From: Patescibacteria group bacterium
GTDB lineage: Bacteria; Patescibacteriota; Minisyncoccia; Ryanbacterales; GWA2-47-10b
NCBI GenBank assembly: GCA_038064855.1
Contig: JBBTSE010000007.1
Location: 18,079-82,078 of the forward strand
Reading direction: 5' to 3'
Length of the DNA stretch: 64,000 nt
Part shown: piece after piece, positions 8,168-17,870 of the stretch
Numbering within the stretch: position 1 is the stretch's first letter
Layout of the letters: each line of letters opens with the position of its first letter
Notes under the pieces: generated by a model
What the model was told of the DNA's origin: nothing
Database searches by the model: none
The model's input: only the letters and a program-made list of their open reading frames with translations
Program-made: the position numbers and the translations under genes

Positions 8168-10069
8168 ATGTATCGAGTACTTGATAGTCGTATCATCGTA
8201 GTTGCGCTCGCATGTTCTGTTTTTCTTTTTGCTGCGTTTGTAGGTTGGCGGTATGATATCTATCTTTCGGCGGTTGATGCTGGTCTTGCAGAAGTATTGA
8301 GTAGTACTGTATCTGAGGATGTAGCAGAGATGAGTGCTCTCGCGGCCGATGATGTACCGGTGACATTCGCGCCACTAGCCGCATCAGTGTTGCCCAGCAA
8401 GTATCCGAGTTTCGCGGTTAAATTTTCTGATAGCGTACTTAAACAATACCCAGTGCCCGATAGCGGCACGGTGAGTGATATAGATATCGACGCTACAGTC
8501 ATTCGCGCAGGGCGTGACCAGTGGCAACTTACGCTAAAGACTAAAGTGCGCACAATCAACCAAGTGTATTTCCCATGGGAGATGACACGCAATCCACTTA
8601 GTTCTGATCCTCTGCGCGCCGATACCGTTATTTACCATACGCTTATGTTGGGTGCGGCCCAGCAAGACAAAGGCCTCATCGAGTGGGGTTGGCAGGGTTG
8701 GGAATATCCAGGGCCTACCTATGCGCCACTGTTAGTCGCAGCCAATGATATTGAGGCAAAGATTCTTGCTGCCGCAAATTGGCCTCCGCGCACTGTCACG
8801 CCACTCTATTCGCTCAACCGTATGGTGTTGCGCTATGAGCAAGACGTACCACTCAATACGCCGACCACATACTCTGCTTTGATAGCAAAAGTAAAAAAGA
8901 AGAAGACGGCGGGTGCTGCAGAACCTTGGCAGACAGCGCTCGATAAATATCGCACGTGGCTTGACCGTCAATTGAAAATCGCGAGAATCGAAAAACCAAC
9001 ATATCCTGATTGGATCAATAATTCACACGGCTGGATTAATGTACAGCTTGAAAATCGTACCGCGTTTAATAGCAACGATCTCCAGACTCTTTGGAATAAA
9101 ACTCACAAATATTTTCCTTGGATGCAGTTTTGGGGTCAGATGAGTACCTACGCAGGGCCGCCACAGTATGCGGTGCCGCCACCATTGCCGGGCGAATTGG
9201 TCGGTTGTTGTATTGATATGAGTCAGATGCACTCTCGTTATCTTCCTACGCTGCCGACATTTGCGGCATCGACCACGGCGGCTGGTGGACGCATAGGATA
9301 TTATTCACGGCCACATTTGATTACCGAGGGTGGTCCACTCTTTAATCCTGATGGTACGGAAAATACTGCCAACACCGCGCATCTTCTTGATTGGGTTGCG
9401 CGCAATCGCGACGAGTATAAGGCCAATGCACATTATCTCGATATTTACGCGCGTCAAGATTTTGGCGACATGCTCTCTGTCGCGCGCCTATTGCAAGATC
9501 GGTTGCCCGCAGAGTCTGTCATCGAGGGCGTGCACGATATCTATCCGCGCGCATTTTTGATCAGCGGTTTTGTAAACGACGCAAACGATACGATCGATCC
9601 TGCCGGAACGCGCACGCGCTTTCCGAGTTTTGGGCGTTACTTACTCAATAGTCAGCCGATGTTTTTGGGGGAGTCAAACGGTGGCCACGCGTATTGGGGG
9701 GTGGCGAATAGTTATGTTTTAGAACGCCAAGCATTTTTACTCGGCGCGAAACTCGACATCATGCGTCCATTTGAGACAGGTCAGGAAGTAGCTGGAGTAC
9801 TCAATGTGGCGGTACAAATGATCGTTGAAAAACGCAATGAAAAAAACTGGTGGGCGCGCAACCCTGTCTATATGTACCGTGTCGGTATTTCTAATATTCC
9901 CGCAGGCGTTGATGTTAGACACTTCAAAGGCAAGAGTAGAGAAGATTTATTCGTGATTGATAACTGGCAACAGCAAGTAGGTCTTTCGTTTACCTATAAA
10001 AATCGCCCGCTCGCAATTCCTACCGACAAGCTCTCAATCCTTGTCTGGCGTGGCGGCAAGCTTGAGTAA
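8168..10069 (+). CDS. hypothetical membrane-anchored Trp-rich extracellular protein
   Basis: N-terminal TM. 633 aa. No family recognised. Confidence 0.5.
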   Translation: MYRVLDSRIIVVALACSVFLFAAFVGWRYDIYLSAVDAGLAEVLSSTVSEDVAEMSALAADDVPVTFAPLAASVLPSKYPSFAVKFSDSVLKQYPVPDSGTVSDIDIDATVIRAGRDQWQLTLKTKVRTINQVYFPWEMTRNPLSSDPLRADTVIYHTLMLGAAQQDKGLIEWGWQGWEYPGPTYAPLLVAANDIEAKILAAANWPPRTVTPLYSLNRMVLRYEQDVPLNTPTTYSALIAKVKKKKTAGAAEPWQTALDKYRTWLDRQLKIARIEKPTYPDWINNSHGWINVQLENRTAFNSNDLQTLWNKTHKYFPWMQFWGQMSTYAGPPQYAVPPPLPGELVGCCIDMSQMHSRYLPTLPTFAASTTAAGGRIGYYSRPHLITEGGPLFNPDGTENTANTAHLLDWVARNRDEYKANAHYLDIYARQDFGDMLSVARLLQDRLPAESVIEGVHDIYPRAFLISGFVNDANDTIDPAGTRTRFPSFGRYLLNSQPMFLGESNGGHAYWGVANSYVLERQAFLLGAKLDIMRPFETGQEVAGVLNVAVQMIVEKRNEKNWWARNPVYMYRVGISNIPAGVDVRHFKGKSREDLFVIDNWQQQVGLSFTYKNRPLAIPTDKLSILVWRGGKLE

Positions 10070-10099
10070 GACGACACTTTGCCGTATGATTGCCCGATA

Positions 10100-11242
10100 A
10101 TGTTTTCTTTTCGTATCACAAAAAAATCAAAAAAATCCCGAGCTCGACTCGGGATTTTGCGCACCGCTCACGGCGAGATTGAGACGCCCGCGTTCGTACC
10201 GGTAGCTACGCGCGCGGTTGTCAAAACGCTGACATCAAAAGACGCACTCGCAGCTGGCGCGCAGCTTTTGATTGCCAATACTTTTCATCTTCATCTGCGC
10301 CCTGGTGAAAAAACAGTTGCGCGCGCGGGCGGGCTTCACAAGTTTATGCAGTGGCCACGGCCGCTCATGACTGACTCGGGCGGGTTTCAAGTATTTAGTC
10401 TCGGGTTCGGACAGGATTTTGGTACGGGCAAAATGCTCAAAGAAAAAAGCAATAAAGTGATCAAAACCGGCCAACAGCCGCAAAAATTGCGCATCACTGA
10501 CGCAGGTGTCGAGTTTCGCTCACCGATTGATGGCGCCAAGATTTTTATTGGTCCGCGTGAATCGATGCGCATCCAAGAACAGCTCGGCGCTGATATTATT
10601 TTTGCCTTTGACGAATGTACCTCGCCCATTGCCGACCATGCGTATACCGAGCGGTCGCTCGAGCGCAGTCACCTGTGGGCTACACTTTGTCTCAAATATA
10701 AAAAGAAGACATCAAAGCAGGCTCTCTACGGCATTGTGCAGGGTGGCAAGTTTGAGGATTTGCGCCGTGCGAGCGCGCGTTTTACGGGCGCGTTGCCGTT
10801 TGATGGTATTGGTATCGGTGGCGAGTTTGGCGATGACAAGAGTGCTATGACGCGTATGGTCGGTTGGGTAGTCGATGAGCTACCTGAAGATAAACCGCGC
10901 CATCTCCTCGGCATTGGCTACCCTGAAGACATTGTACCGATTATCAAAGCGGGCGCGGACACTTTTGATTGTATCGTGCCGACGCACTACGCACGCCGCG
11001 GGTTTGCGTATACCAGTACCGGCAAGCTTGATATGAAGAAAGTCGCATACCTCAAAGATCAAAAGCCTCTTGATAAAAAATGCGCGTGCGAAGTATGCAA
11101 GACCTATTCGCGTTCGTATATTACACACCTCTGGCGCGCGGGCGAGATGACCGCGATGTCACTGCTCTCGATGCACAATCTGTTTTATTTCAACGCTACG
11201 GTCGCGCGCGTGCGTGATGAGATTCGCGCGGGGTGTATCTAA
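10100..11242 (+). CDS. tgt: queuine tRNA-ribosyltransferase (tRNA-guanine transglycosylase)
   Basis: RTAHGEIETPAFVPVATRA...LMTDSGGFQVFSL. Zn site CACEVCKTYSRSYITHL. The ORF track starts at TTG 10079; first ATG is 10100. Confidence 0.9.
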   Translation: MFSFRITKKSKKSRARLGILRTAHGEIETPAFVPVATRAVVKTLTSKDALAAGAQLLIANTFHLHLRPGEKTVARAGGLHKFMQWPRPLMTDSGGFQVFSLGFGQDFGTGKMLKEKSNKVIKTGQQPQKLRITDAGVEFRSPIDGAKIFIGPRESMRIQEQLGADIIFAFDECTSPIADHAYTERSLERSHLWATLCLKYKKKTSKQALYGIVQGGKFEDLRRASARFTGALPFDGIGIGGEFGDDKSAMTRMVGWVVDELPEDKPRHLLGIGYPEDIVPIIKAGADTFDCIVPTHYARRGFAYTSTGKLDMKKVAYLKDQKPLDKKCACEVCKTYSRSYITHLWRAGEMTAMSLLSMHNLFYFNATVARVRDEIRAGCI

Positions 11243-11285
11243 GTGTTGCCAAAACACCACTCGGCATAGCATTATAGAAGACACA

Positions 11286-11624
11286 ATGATCTCATACGAA
11301 GATTTTATAAAGACAGAACTGCGCGTAGGTACTATCCGTGCCGCTGAGCGCGTTGAAGGTTCTGATAAGTTGATTCGTTTTTCAGTCGATGTAGGCGAGA
11401 CTGACGAGGCAGGTATCGAAAAACCTCGCCAGATTGTAGCGGGCATCGGCAAAGGGTATACACCCGAAGATTTGATTAGTCGTCAGATTGTGGTGGTTAT
11501 CAACCTTGAACCAAGAAAACTTATGGGGCTAGAGAGCCAGGGTATGTTGTTGGCCGCAGGTGCCGATGTGCCGGTGCTCTTAACTCCTGATAGAGAGGTA
11601 CCACCGGGCTCTACCATAAAATAA
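11286..11624 (+). CDS. tRNA-binding protein (CsaA/Trbp111 EMAP-like domain)
   Basis: DFIKTELRVGTIRAAERVEGSDKLIRFSVDVGE...ESQGMLLAA. Confidence 0.8.
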   Translation: MISYEDFIKTELRVGTIRAAERVEGSDKLIRFSVDVGETDEAGIEKPRQIVAGIGKGYTPEDLISRQIVVVINLEPRKLMGLESQGMLLAAGADVPVLLTPDREVPPGSTIK

Positions 11625-11629
11625 TTTTT

Positions 11630-12358
11630 ATGAAAGCACTCGACATACAAAATTTGCGTAAATCGTACGGATCTACCGATGCGGTCAAAGAAATCTCGTT
11701 CTCAATAGAGCCGGGGGAGTTTTTCGGTTTCCTAGGCCCTAATGGCGCGGGTAAGACGACAACGATCAAATGCACAACTGGCATTGCGTCATTTCAGGGC
11801 GGTACCATCAAAGTGTTTGGTATCGATGTAGTGGCAGATTATCGCGAGGCGCGCAAAAAGATTGGTCTGGCGCCTCAAGATTTCAATGTCGATATTTTTG
11901 CGACTGCGTATGATATTTTGTGGTATGTAGGTGGTTATTATGGCATCTCAAGCGCTTCGCGTAAAAAGAGTGTTGATGATGTACTCGAACGCTTTGAGCT
12001 CGGTGTGCATAGTAAAAAAAGTTTTATGGAGCTTTCAGGGGGGCTCAAGCGCCGCGTAATGCTCGCGCGCGCCATGGTACACAATCCCGATCTTTTGATC
12101 CTCGATGAGCCGACCGCTGGCGTGGATGTTGAGATGCGTCATGACTTGTGGCGATATCTACAAGATCTCAATAAAGCCGGCAAGACTATTTTACTTACTT
12201 CACATTATTTAGAAGAGGTAGAGTTTTTGTGCAACCGTATCGCGATTATCAATGGTGGTAAAATCGCAGCAATAGGGGACAAGAGCGAGTTTACCTCGGG
12301 TGGCAGAAAACTTGAACAGACATACTTGGAAATTACCAAAGACGGCAAATCATTATGA
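11630..12358 (+). CDS. ABC transporter ATP-binding protein
   Basis: Walker A GPNGAGKTT, signature LSGGLKRR, Walker B LLILDEPT. Confidence 0.9.
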   Translation: MKALDIQNLRKSYGSTDAVKEISFSIEPGEFFGFLGPNGAGKTTTIKCTTGIASFQGGTIKVFGIDVVADYREARKKIGLAPQDFNVDIFATAYDILWYVGGYYGISSASRKKSVDDVLERFELGVHSKKSFMELSGGLKRRVMLARAMVHNPDLLILDEPTAGVDVEMRHDLWRYLQDLNKAGKTILLTSHYLEEVEFLCNRIAIINGGKIAAIGDKSEFTSGGRKLEQTYLEITKDGKSL

Positions 12359-13125
12359 ACAAGCCAAACTGGATAGGATTACAAACATTTGTCGCACGCG
12401 AGACGGGGCGCATGTTTCGCGTATGGATTCAGACGCTTGGCGCACCGTGGATTTCCGCACTTCTCTATATTTTAATTTTTGGGCATATCGTAGGTCAGCG
12501 CATTGATACGATCGCGGGCGTGTCGTACATCGATTTTGTGCTACCAGGCATTGTGATGATGAATATTATGAACTCGGCATTTTCGCATACCTCGACATCG
12601 CTCTACATTATGAAATGGTTTCGTTCCATCGATGAGCTTTTGGTAGCACCACTCTCGTATCTTGAGATGATTATCGGATTTTTGGCAGGAGGCGTCGTGC
12701 GAGGCGTCATCGTAGGTGCCGGTGTATATGCTATCGGCGTATTCTTTACACAAGCAACTATTGCTCACTTTTTCTTGATGCTGATCTATGCTGCGGCCAT
12801 CTCGACCATTTTCTCACTCGCGGGTATGTTGGTCGCGTTGTGGGCGAAAAATTTTGAGCAACTTTCATTGCCCAGTATTTTCATTATTACTCCACTAACT
12901 TTTTTGGGCGGGGTATTTAACTCAATACACATGATGCCGCCATTTCTCCAGTGGATTGTGCGTCTCAATCCGTTCTTCTATTTTGTTGATGGGCTCCGCT
13001 ATACGATGCTTGGCATTTCCGAATCAAATATGCTTGTGGGTATGACACTCACCGTAGGACTCATCCTCGGCCTCGGCTACTGGGTGTGGTATCTCTTCAA
13101 GATTGGGTATAAGATCCGCGAATAA
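12355..13125 (+). CDS. ABC-2 type transporter permease
   Basis: Six TM helices. ATGA-coupled to the ATPase. Confidence 0.8.
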   Translation: MNKPNWIGLQTFVARETGRMFRVWIQTLGAPWISALLYILIFGHIVGQRIDTIAGVSYIDFVLPGIVMMNIMNSAFSHTSTSLYIMKWFRSIDELLVAPLSYLEMIIGFLAGGVVRGVIVGAGVYAIGVFFTQATIAHFFLMLIYAAAISTIFSLAGMLVALWAKNFEQLSLPSIFIITPLTFLGGVFNSIHMMPPFLQWIVRLNPFFYFVDGLRYTMLGISESNMLVGMTLTVGLILGLGYWVWYLFKIGYKIRE

Positions 13126-13234
13126 AAAATCTTGACAAATAGGCTGATTATCAGTCTATTTTTTAACGCTTGGACGCGAGACGGCCTTTTTTGCTAGTCT
13201 ATGGGTAATCGCTTACCAGCTTTCTTAACTTGCT

Positions 13235-15235
13235 ATGAATAAAAAAATCCTCATTGTCCTTGTCGTACTTTTTGTATCAATTGGCGGGTATTGGTATGTG
13301 GGCAGCAATAAAAACGCGCCCGAAGAAAAACTCATTATTGACCCTATAGCGACTGATACCAAGTTCACTGGCAATCAGGTTATCGCCACGGACCACAAGA
13401 TGGTGTTGCAAAAAGGCGCATCGGTTGCGGTTGAGGGTGATCTCAAGATTGATGGTGTACTCTCGTGCGATGATGGCCCCATAATGATATCGGTCACGGG
13501 TGCGCTCGAGGTCAATCAGCGCATCGAATGTATGCGGCCTGACAATAGTACTGACGGCTCAGGCGTGTTGCTCGTGGTCGCCGGTCCCGTGACATTTAGT
13601 AAGGATGCCGAGGTTATATCAAACGGTTCGGTGCAGATTGTCTCGAGCGTATCTGCGGCGAAAAAGACGCAAGGCGAGATTGATGCGCTCTTTATCGAGG
13701 CGGGTACCAACACGGGTGCGGGTACGCGCGTAGGTCCGTTTATCGAAGGTGCGACGCAAAAGATTAGTCTCAACGGCCAACCGATAGATTTTTCATCACT
13801 TGGTTTGATTCGCGAGGCGCATGCACAGGGTGCGCGCGATAAAGACGGTAATCTGTTGCCTCAAGTATTGTTGAGCGGTCGGTGGACTGTTGGCAATGGA
13901 GGCGCCTCACCAAGTGGCGTCTCGGTGCCTACGCCACCAAAAGATATTAAAAAGATTTTGCTCAATTTTGATTTCGGAGACAAGGGCAATGTCGCGATAA
14001 AAGATTTTCACCTACTCGGCCCCGATGGTAGAGACGGCGATGATGACATCGGCAAGTCATGTAGCGCGCGCGGTAGCAAAGGTGAAGACGCATTTCGCAT
14101 GCGTGTGAACGCGGCAAATATCACGATTGATAATTTTAGGTTAGAACTCGGTGACGGCGGCAAGGGAGGGGATGCGGAAACTACTGCTGATTGCGATCCG
14201 GGCCAGGCGACCGGTGGCGCAGGCGGTGCTGCTGGCAATTTCAAAATGACAGCCGGCGACAAGATTGTCATCAATAGTTTTCATATCGTACCAGGCGTGG
14301 GTGGTCAGGGCGGTTTTGCCACAGCCATCGGTAAGCCCGGTACTGACGCATGCCCCGGTAGCAAAGGTGGCGACGCGATTGCCACGGGCGGCGATGGTGG
14401 CAAAAATAAAAAAGAACTTGCGGCCTTGGGTGCAGTAGAGGGTCTCGCGAGTGTGGTGGTTGAAAAAGTCGAAGGCGGTGAAGGTGGTTTGGCTGTCGCC
14501 AAGCCTGGCAAGGGCGGCAACGGTAGCGGATGCAAATGCCATGGTGGCAAAGGTGGCAGTGCCAATGCGACCGGCGGCAAAGGAGGTGACGCTTCACTAA
14601 AAGTGACTGGTGCAGCGGGTGAAGCAGTAGGTGGCGATGGTGGCGATGCCAATGCACGCGCGGCTGAAGGTGGCGTTGGCGGCAGCTGCCCGCTCAAACC
14701 GAAAGGTGGTAGTGGCGGCAACGGTGGCAATGCGGTCGCCAAGATAGGCAAGGCAGGCAAAGGAACTACTGGTGACGGTGCCGATGGCATCGTGCAAGAC
14801 GAGACGGGTGGCAATGGCGGCAAAGGCGGTGACGGTTGCGGACCTGGCGGCGGCGGCAAAGGCGGCCTCGGCAAGCCCAATGGCGCTGACGGCAAACCAG
14901 GCGCACTCAAATGCCCTGAAGACAAGAAATCTCCCCCGCCTCCCATGACTGATCCACGCATATCTCCTCCTCCACCAGCAGGAGATACTACGGGTGGAAC
15001 TGGCACGGATATAATAGAAGTCCAAAAAAAGAAAATAAAAGTAATCCAATACAACGGCAAATATTTGCCCGTAGATCAATTAAAAATTGAAAGTGAAGTT
15101 GGCTGTGGCGCTGATCATTGGCATGCGCTAGAGGGTTTGGTAGTAGCCACCGACGGTACGCGCGTGCAAGACCCCGGCCCACAATGCGGCTACGGCAAAA
15201 CCAGCGAAAAGCCCACCATGAATATAGAAATATAA
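13235..15235 (+). CDS. secreted glycine-rich repeat protein (GG[DKN]GG repeats, PPPP linker, 2-Cys C-terminal domain)
   Basis: Signal anchor, then about 300 aa of GGxGG repeats, PPPPMTDPRISPPPP, then a globular C-terminus. Confidence 0.7.
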   Translation: MNKKILIVLVVLFVSIGGYWYVGSNKNAPEEKLIIDPIATDTKFTGNQVIATDHKMVLQKGASVAVEGDLKIDGVLSCDDGPIMISVTGALEVNQRIECMRPDNSTDGSGVLLVVAGPVTFSKDAEVISNGSVQIVSSVSAAKKTQGEIDALFIEAGTNTGAGTRVGPFIEGATQKISLNGQPIDFSSLGLIREAHAQGARDKDGNLLPQVLLSGRWTVGNGGASPSGVSVPTPPKDIKKILLNFDFGDKGNVAIKDFHLLGPDGRDGDDDIGKSCSARGSKGEDAFRMRVNAANITIDNFRLELGDGGKGGDAETTADCDPGQATGGAGGAAGNFKMTAGDKIVINSFHIVPGVGGQGGFATAIGKPGTDACPGSKGGDAIATGGDGGKNKKELAALGAVEGLASVVVEKVEGGEGGLAVAKPGKGGNGSGCKCHGGKGGSANATGGKGGDASLKVTGAAGEAVGGDGGDANARAAEGGVGGSCPLKPKGGSGGNGGNAVAKIGKAGKGTTGDGADGIVQDETGGNGGKGGDGCGPGGGGKGGLGKPNGADGKPGALKCPEDKKSPPPPMTDPRISPPPPAGDTTGGTGTDIIEVQKKKIKVIQYNGKYLPVDQLKIESEVGCGADHWHALEGLVVATDGTRVQDPGPQCGYGKTSEKPTMNIEI

Positions 15236-15238
15236 CGC

Positions 15239-15928
15239 ATGCGCAAAGTCGCGGTATTTGATGTCGACGGTACGATCTTTCGCTCAAGCTTACTCATTGA
15301 GCTTGTCGATACGCTGATCGCAGAACGCGTATTTCCCAAGAGTGCCGCGCGCGTATATGCCAAGGCAAAAGTTGATTGGCTTGATCGTAAGGGTGACTAC
15401 GAGGCATACATCATGGCGGTGGTGCGTGCGTTTACTCTTCATATCCGCGGATTATCATCAGACAAATTATTGCGCATCTCGCAACAGGTGATTGATATAC
15501 ATAAGCACCGTACCTACCGCTTTACGCGTGAACTATTGAGCGAGTTAGGGCGCAAAAATTATTTTTTACTTGCGATCTCAAATTCACCAAAAGATATTTT
15601 GGATTTGTTTTGTCGCGAGTATGGTTTTGATAAAGTGTACGGTCGTATGTACGAGCTTGACGGCAAGGGTAGGTTTACGGGCAAGGTACTCAATGCGGAT
15701 CTAGCGACTGATAAGGCAAAACTTCTTCTACGCGCGGTCGCCAAAGAAAATCTCACCCTCAAGGGTTCGGTGGGGGTAGGGGATACGGAGGCGGATATCC
15801 CAGTACTCAAAAAAGTAGATCGCGCTATTTGTTTTAATCCAAATAAAAAAATGTATCAGGCGGCTCGGCGCAATGGTTGGGAGATTGTTGTCGAGCGCAA
15901 AGATATGATATATAAGCTTTCTGCATAA
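15239..15928 (+). CDS. HAD-IB family hydrolase (phosphoserine phosphatase-like)
   Basis: Motif I FDVDGTI, motif IV GDTEADIPV. Confidence 0.8.
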   Translation: MRKVAVFDVDGTIFRSSLLIELVDTLIAERVFPKSAARVYAKAKVDWLDRKGDYEAYIMAVVRAFTLHIRGLSSDKLLRISQQVIDIHKHRTYRFTRELLSELGRKNYFLLAISNSPKDILDLFCREYGFDKVYGRMYELDGKGRFTGKVLNADLATDKAKLLLRAVAKENLTLKGSVGVGDTEADIPVLKKVDRAICFNPNKKMYQAARRNGWEIVVERKDMIYKLSA

Positions 15929-15942
15929 AAAGTGAAAGCCGC

Positions 15943-15973
15943 TTACGATCTGATGATCGTAAGCGGCTGGGGC
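15943..15973 (-). terminator. rho-independent terminator for minus-strand transcript
   Basis: Perfect 13-bp stem GCCGCTTACGATC/GATCGTAAGCGGC, 4-nt loop. On the minus strand it is followed by TTTCACTTTTTAT. Confidence 0.65.
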
Positions 15974-15996
15974 GGGCTTGCTCGCCTTGGGCGAGG

Positions 15997-16215
15997 TCAA
16001 AAGTTGGCGAGGCATCCGCGGCACAGCACCCGCTGGGGGAATCTGCGCAGAAGGCCGCGCTTGAGCGGCAGGGCGTGCTCTACGCAGTTACCAAGTCGTT
16101 CGGGTCCAAGGGGCTTAGCATGTGCGTCTGGTTGGATGCAGAGCGTACTGCATTCTTCGGTGGCCTTGCTATGGTTGGGGCACGGCGGTTCCTCGTACTC
16201 GCTTTGTTTTGCCAA
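15997..16215 (-). CDS. small Cys-rich protein (72 aa, 6 Cys), or alternatively a structured ncRNA, inside a GC-rich island
   Basis: Minus-strand promoter TTGACT-N18-TATAGT (about 16240-16275). SD AGAGGAGG 8 nt upstream of TTG start. Terminator immediately downstream. Confidence 0.4.
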   Translation of the reverse strand: MAKQSEYEEPPCPNHSKATEECSTLCIQPDAHAKPLGPERLGNCVEHALPLKRGLLRRFPQRVLCRGCLANF

Positions 16216-16293
16216 AGTACCATCCTCCTCTATAGAAGCACTATACTATATTTTTAACTAAAAGTCAATAGTCAAACATGCTTATTTTTTGGC

Positions 16294-17055
16294 ATGATAG
16301 TCATATTCATGACTGAAATCTCCATCAAAGCAGAGGAACTTTTTCATATCGGCACATTTTCTGTGACGAATTCTTTTTTGCTTTCGGTCATTACGCTTGT
16401 CGTTTTGTTATTTGTAGCAATGCTCGTATATAGAAAGATTTCGATTATACCTGGCAAGCTACAGAGTATGTTTGAGCTTTTGATGGAGTGGCTCTTGGGT
16501 GTCATGGATTCGGTTTTTGGCAACCGTCATGCCTCAGAAAAATATTTTCCACTTATCGCGACTATTTTTTTGTTTATCATGATTTCCAATTGGTTCGGCC
16601 TTTTGCCCATCGTGGGTTCGCTGGGCATTCATGCGGTACATGATGGCCATCATCTGTTTGTGCCACTCTTGCGTGCGCCGGCGGCTGATCTTAATTTCAC
16701 CATCGCGCTCGCTATCATATCAGTATTCTCGATACAATTCTTTGGCGTACTCGCCATAGGTTTTACGCGTCACTTTTCAAAATATTTTACACTCAAAAAC
16801 CCCATACTGACCTTTGTGGGTCTCCTTGAATTTATCGCTGAATTTGTTAAGATAATCTCATTCTCGTTTCGACTCTTCGGCAATGTATTTGCGGGCGAGG
16901 TGCTGCTCATCATTATCGGATTTTTGGTACCGTACGGTGTGCCGCTCCCGTTTCTTTTCCTTGAAGTTTTTGTAGGATTTATTCAGGCGTTTATTTTCGC
17001 CATGCTGACAATGGTTTTTGTCGCGATGGCGGTAAACAAAGAAGCATCCCACTAA
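16294..17055 (+). CDS. atpB: ATP synthase F0 subunit a
   Basis: FRLFGNVFAGEVLL. Confidence 0.9.
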   Translation: MIVIFMTEISIKAEELFHIGTFSVTNSFLLSVITLVVLLFVAMLVYRKISIIPGKLQSMFELLMEWLLGVMDSVFGNRHASEKYFPLIATIFLFIMISNWFGLLPIVGSLGIHAVHDGHHLFVPLLRAPAADLNFTIALAIISVFSIQFFGVLAIGFTRHFSKYFTLKNPILTFVGLLEFIAEFVKIISFSFRLFGNVFAGEVLLIIIGFLVPYGVPLPFLFLEVFVGFIQAFIFAMLTMVFVAMAVNKEASH

Positions 17056-17100
17056 GCGAGATAAAAGGTCATTACTTATCACTTTTGAAAAAATACTAAT

Positions 17101-17340
17101 ATGGAAGCAATGAGTCCCGAAGTAGTAAAAATGATGTCGATCGCATTTATCATGGGCGTAGGCACTATCGCACCCGCGATCGCAATTGGTTGGATGGGTT
17201 CTAAGGGTGTCGATGCCATGGGCCGCAACCCTGAGGCAGCACCAAAGATTCAGACTGCCATGATCTTGGCAATCGCGTTCGCAGAGGCAATCGCTATTTA
17301 TGCGCTTGTCGTATCGTTGGTCATCAAATTCGTCGAATAA
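17101..17340 (+). CDS. atpE: ATP synthase F0 subunit c
   Basis: Two-helix hairpin. GRNPEAAP loop. AFAEAIAIYALVV carries the carboxylate. Confidence 0.9.
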   Translation: MEAMSPEVVKMMSIAFIMGVGTIAPAIAIGWMGSKGVDAMGRNPEAAPKIQTAMILAIAFAEAIAIYALVVSLVIKFVE

Positions 17341-17360
17341 CAAAATAAAAAACGCTATCT

Positions 17361-17870
17361 ATGAGTGAGCTTGCGAGCCAGCTGGGCATCAACTGGAAAC
17401 TTCTGCTATCGCAAGGAGCGAACTTTTTTGTCTTGCTTACTGCACTCACATTCTTGGTGTGGCGTCCGCTCTTGCGTATCATGCGCGATCGTCGTGAGAA
17501 GATAGAAGAAGGCTTGCATGACGCCGATGAGGCAAAGCAAAAACTCGGTGAGATTGACGCGGTTTTACACGAACGCACGCTTGAGGCGGACAAACAGGCG
17601 TTTGCTATCATTCGTGGTGCAGAGCAAAAGGCAGAGGTGCGCGCCACCGATATCGTTCACAAAGCCGACACGCGCGCGGAAGAATTGCGCCGCGCGGCAC
17701 TTGAAGTGATAGCACAGCGAGAACGCGAAGAGTTTGAAAAATTTGCAGATTCCGCGCGCTCACTCGTACGCAATGCTCTTGCAAAAGCGATCGAGACTGA
17801 GCCCGCCAAGGTAGATGACAAGCTTATCAGTGAGGCGGTCACCTATATACGCAAACAAAAAGCGCTATGA
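17361..17870 (+). CDS. atpF: ATP synthase F0 subunit b
   Basis: N-terminal TM then long charged helix. Confidence 0.85.
   Translation: MSELASQLGINWKLLLSQGANFFVLLTALTFLVWRPLLRIMRDRREKIEEGLHDADEAKQKLGEIDAVLHERTLEADKQAFAIIRGAEQKAEVRATDIVHKADTRAEELRRAALEVIAQREREEFEKFADSARSLVRNALAKAIETEPAKVDDKLISEAVTYIRKQKAL

Noticed and set aside
14305-15060. 251-aa Pro-rich ORF (and 14271..14657, 14597..15079) on the minus strand
   Set aside because: Antisense shadow of the Gly-rich repeat gene (GGN codons read as NCC Pro). No SD. Fully contained in a well-supported + strand CDS.
15975-16215. Possible tmRNA, RNase P RNA, SRP RNA or tRNA in the GC-rich island
   Set aside because: By eye I found no tmRNA tag/tRNA-like end, no RNase P CR-I/CR-IV blocks, no SRP GGAAGGAAGCAGC, and no T-arm GTTCGAATC with a pairing stem. 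Left as unclassified.
15932-16261. 109-aa Arg-rich + strand ORF starting at GTG
   Set aside because: Low-complexity Arg-rich translation of a GC-rich region. Expression signals (promoter, SD, terminator) fit the opposite strand instead.
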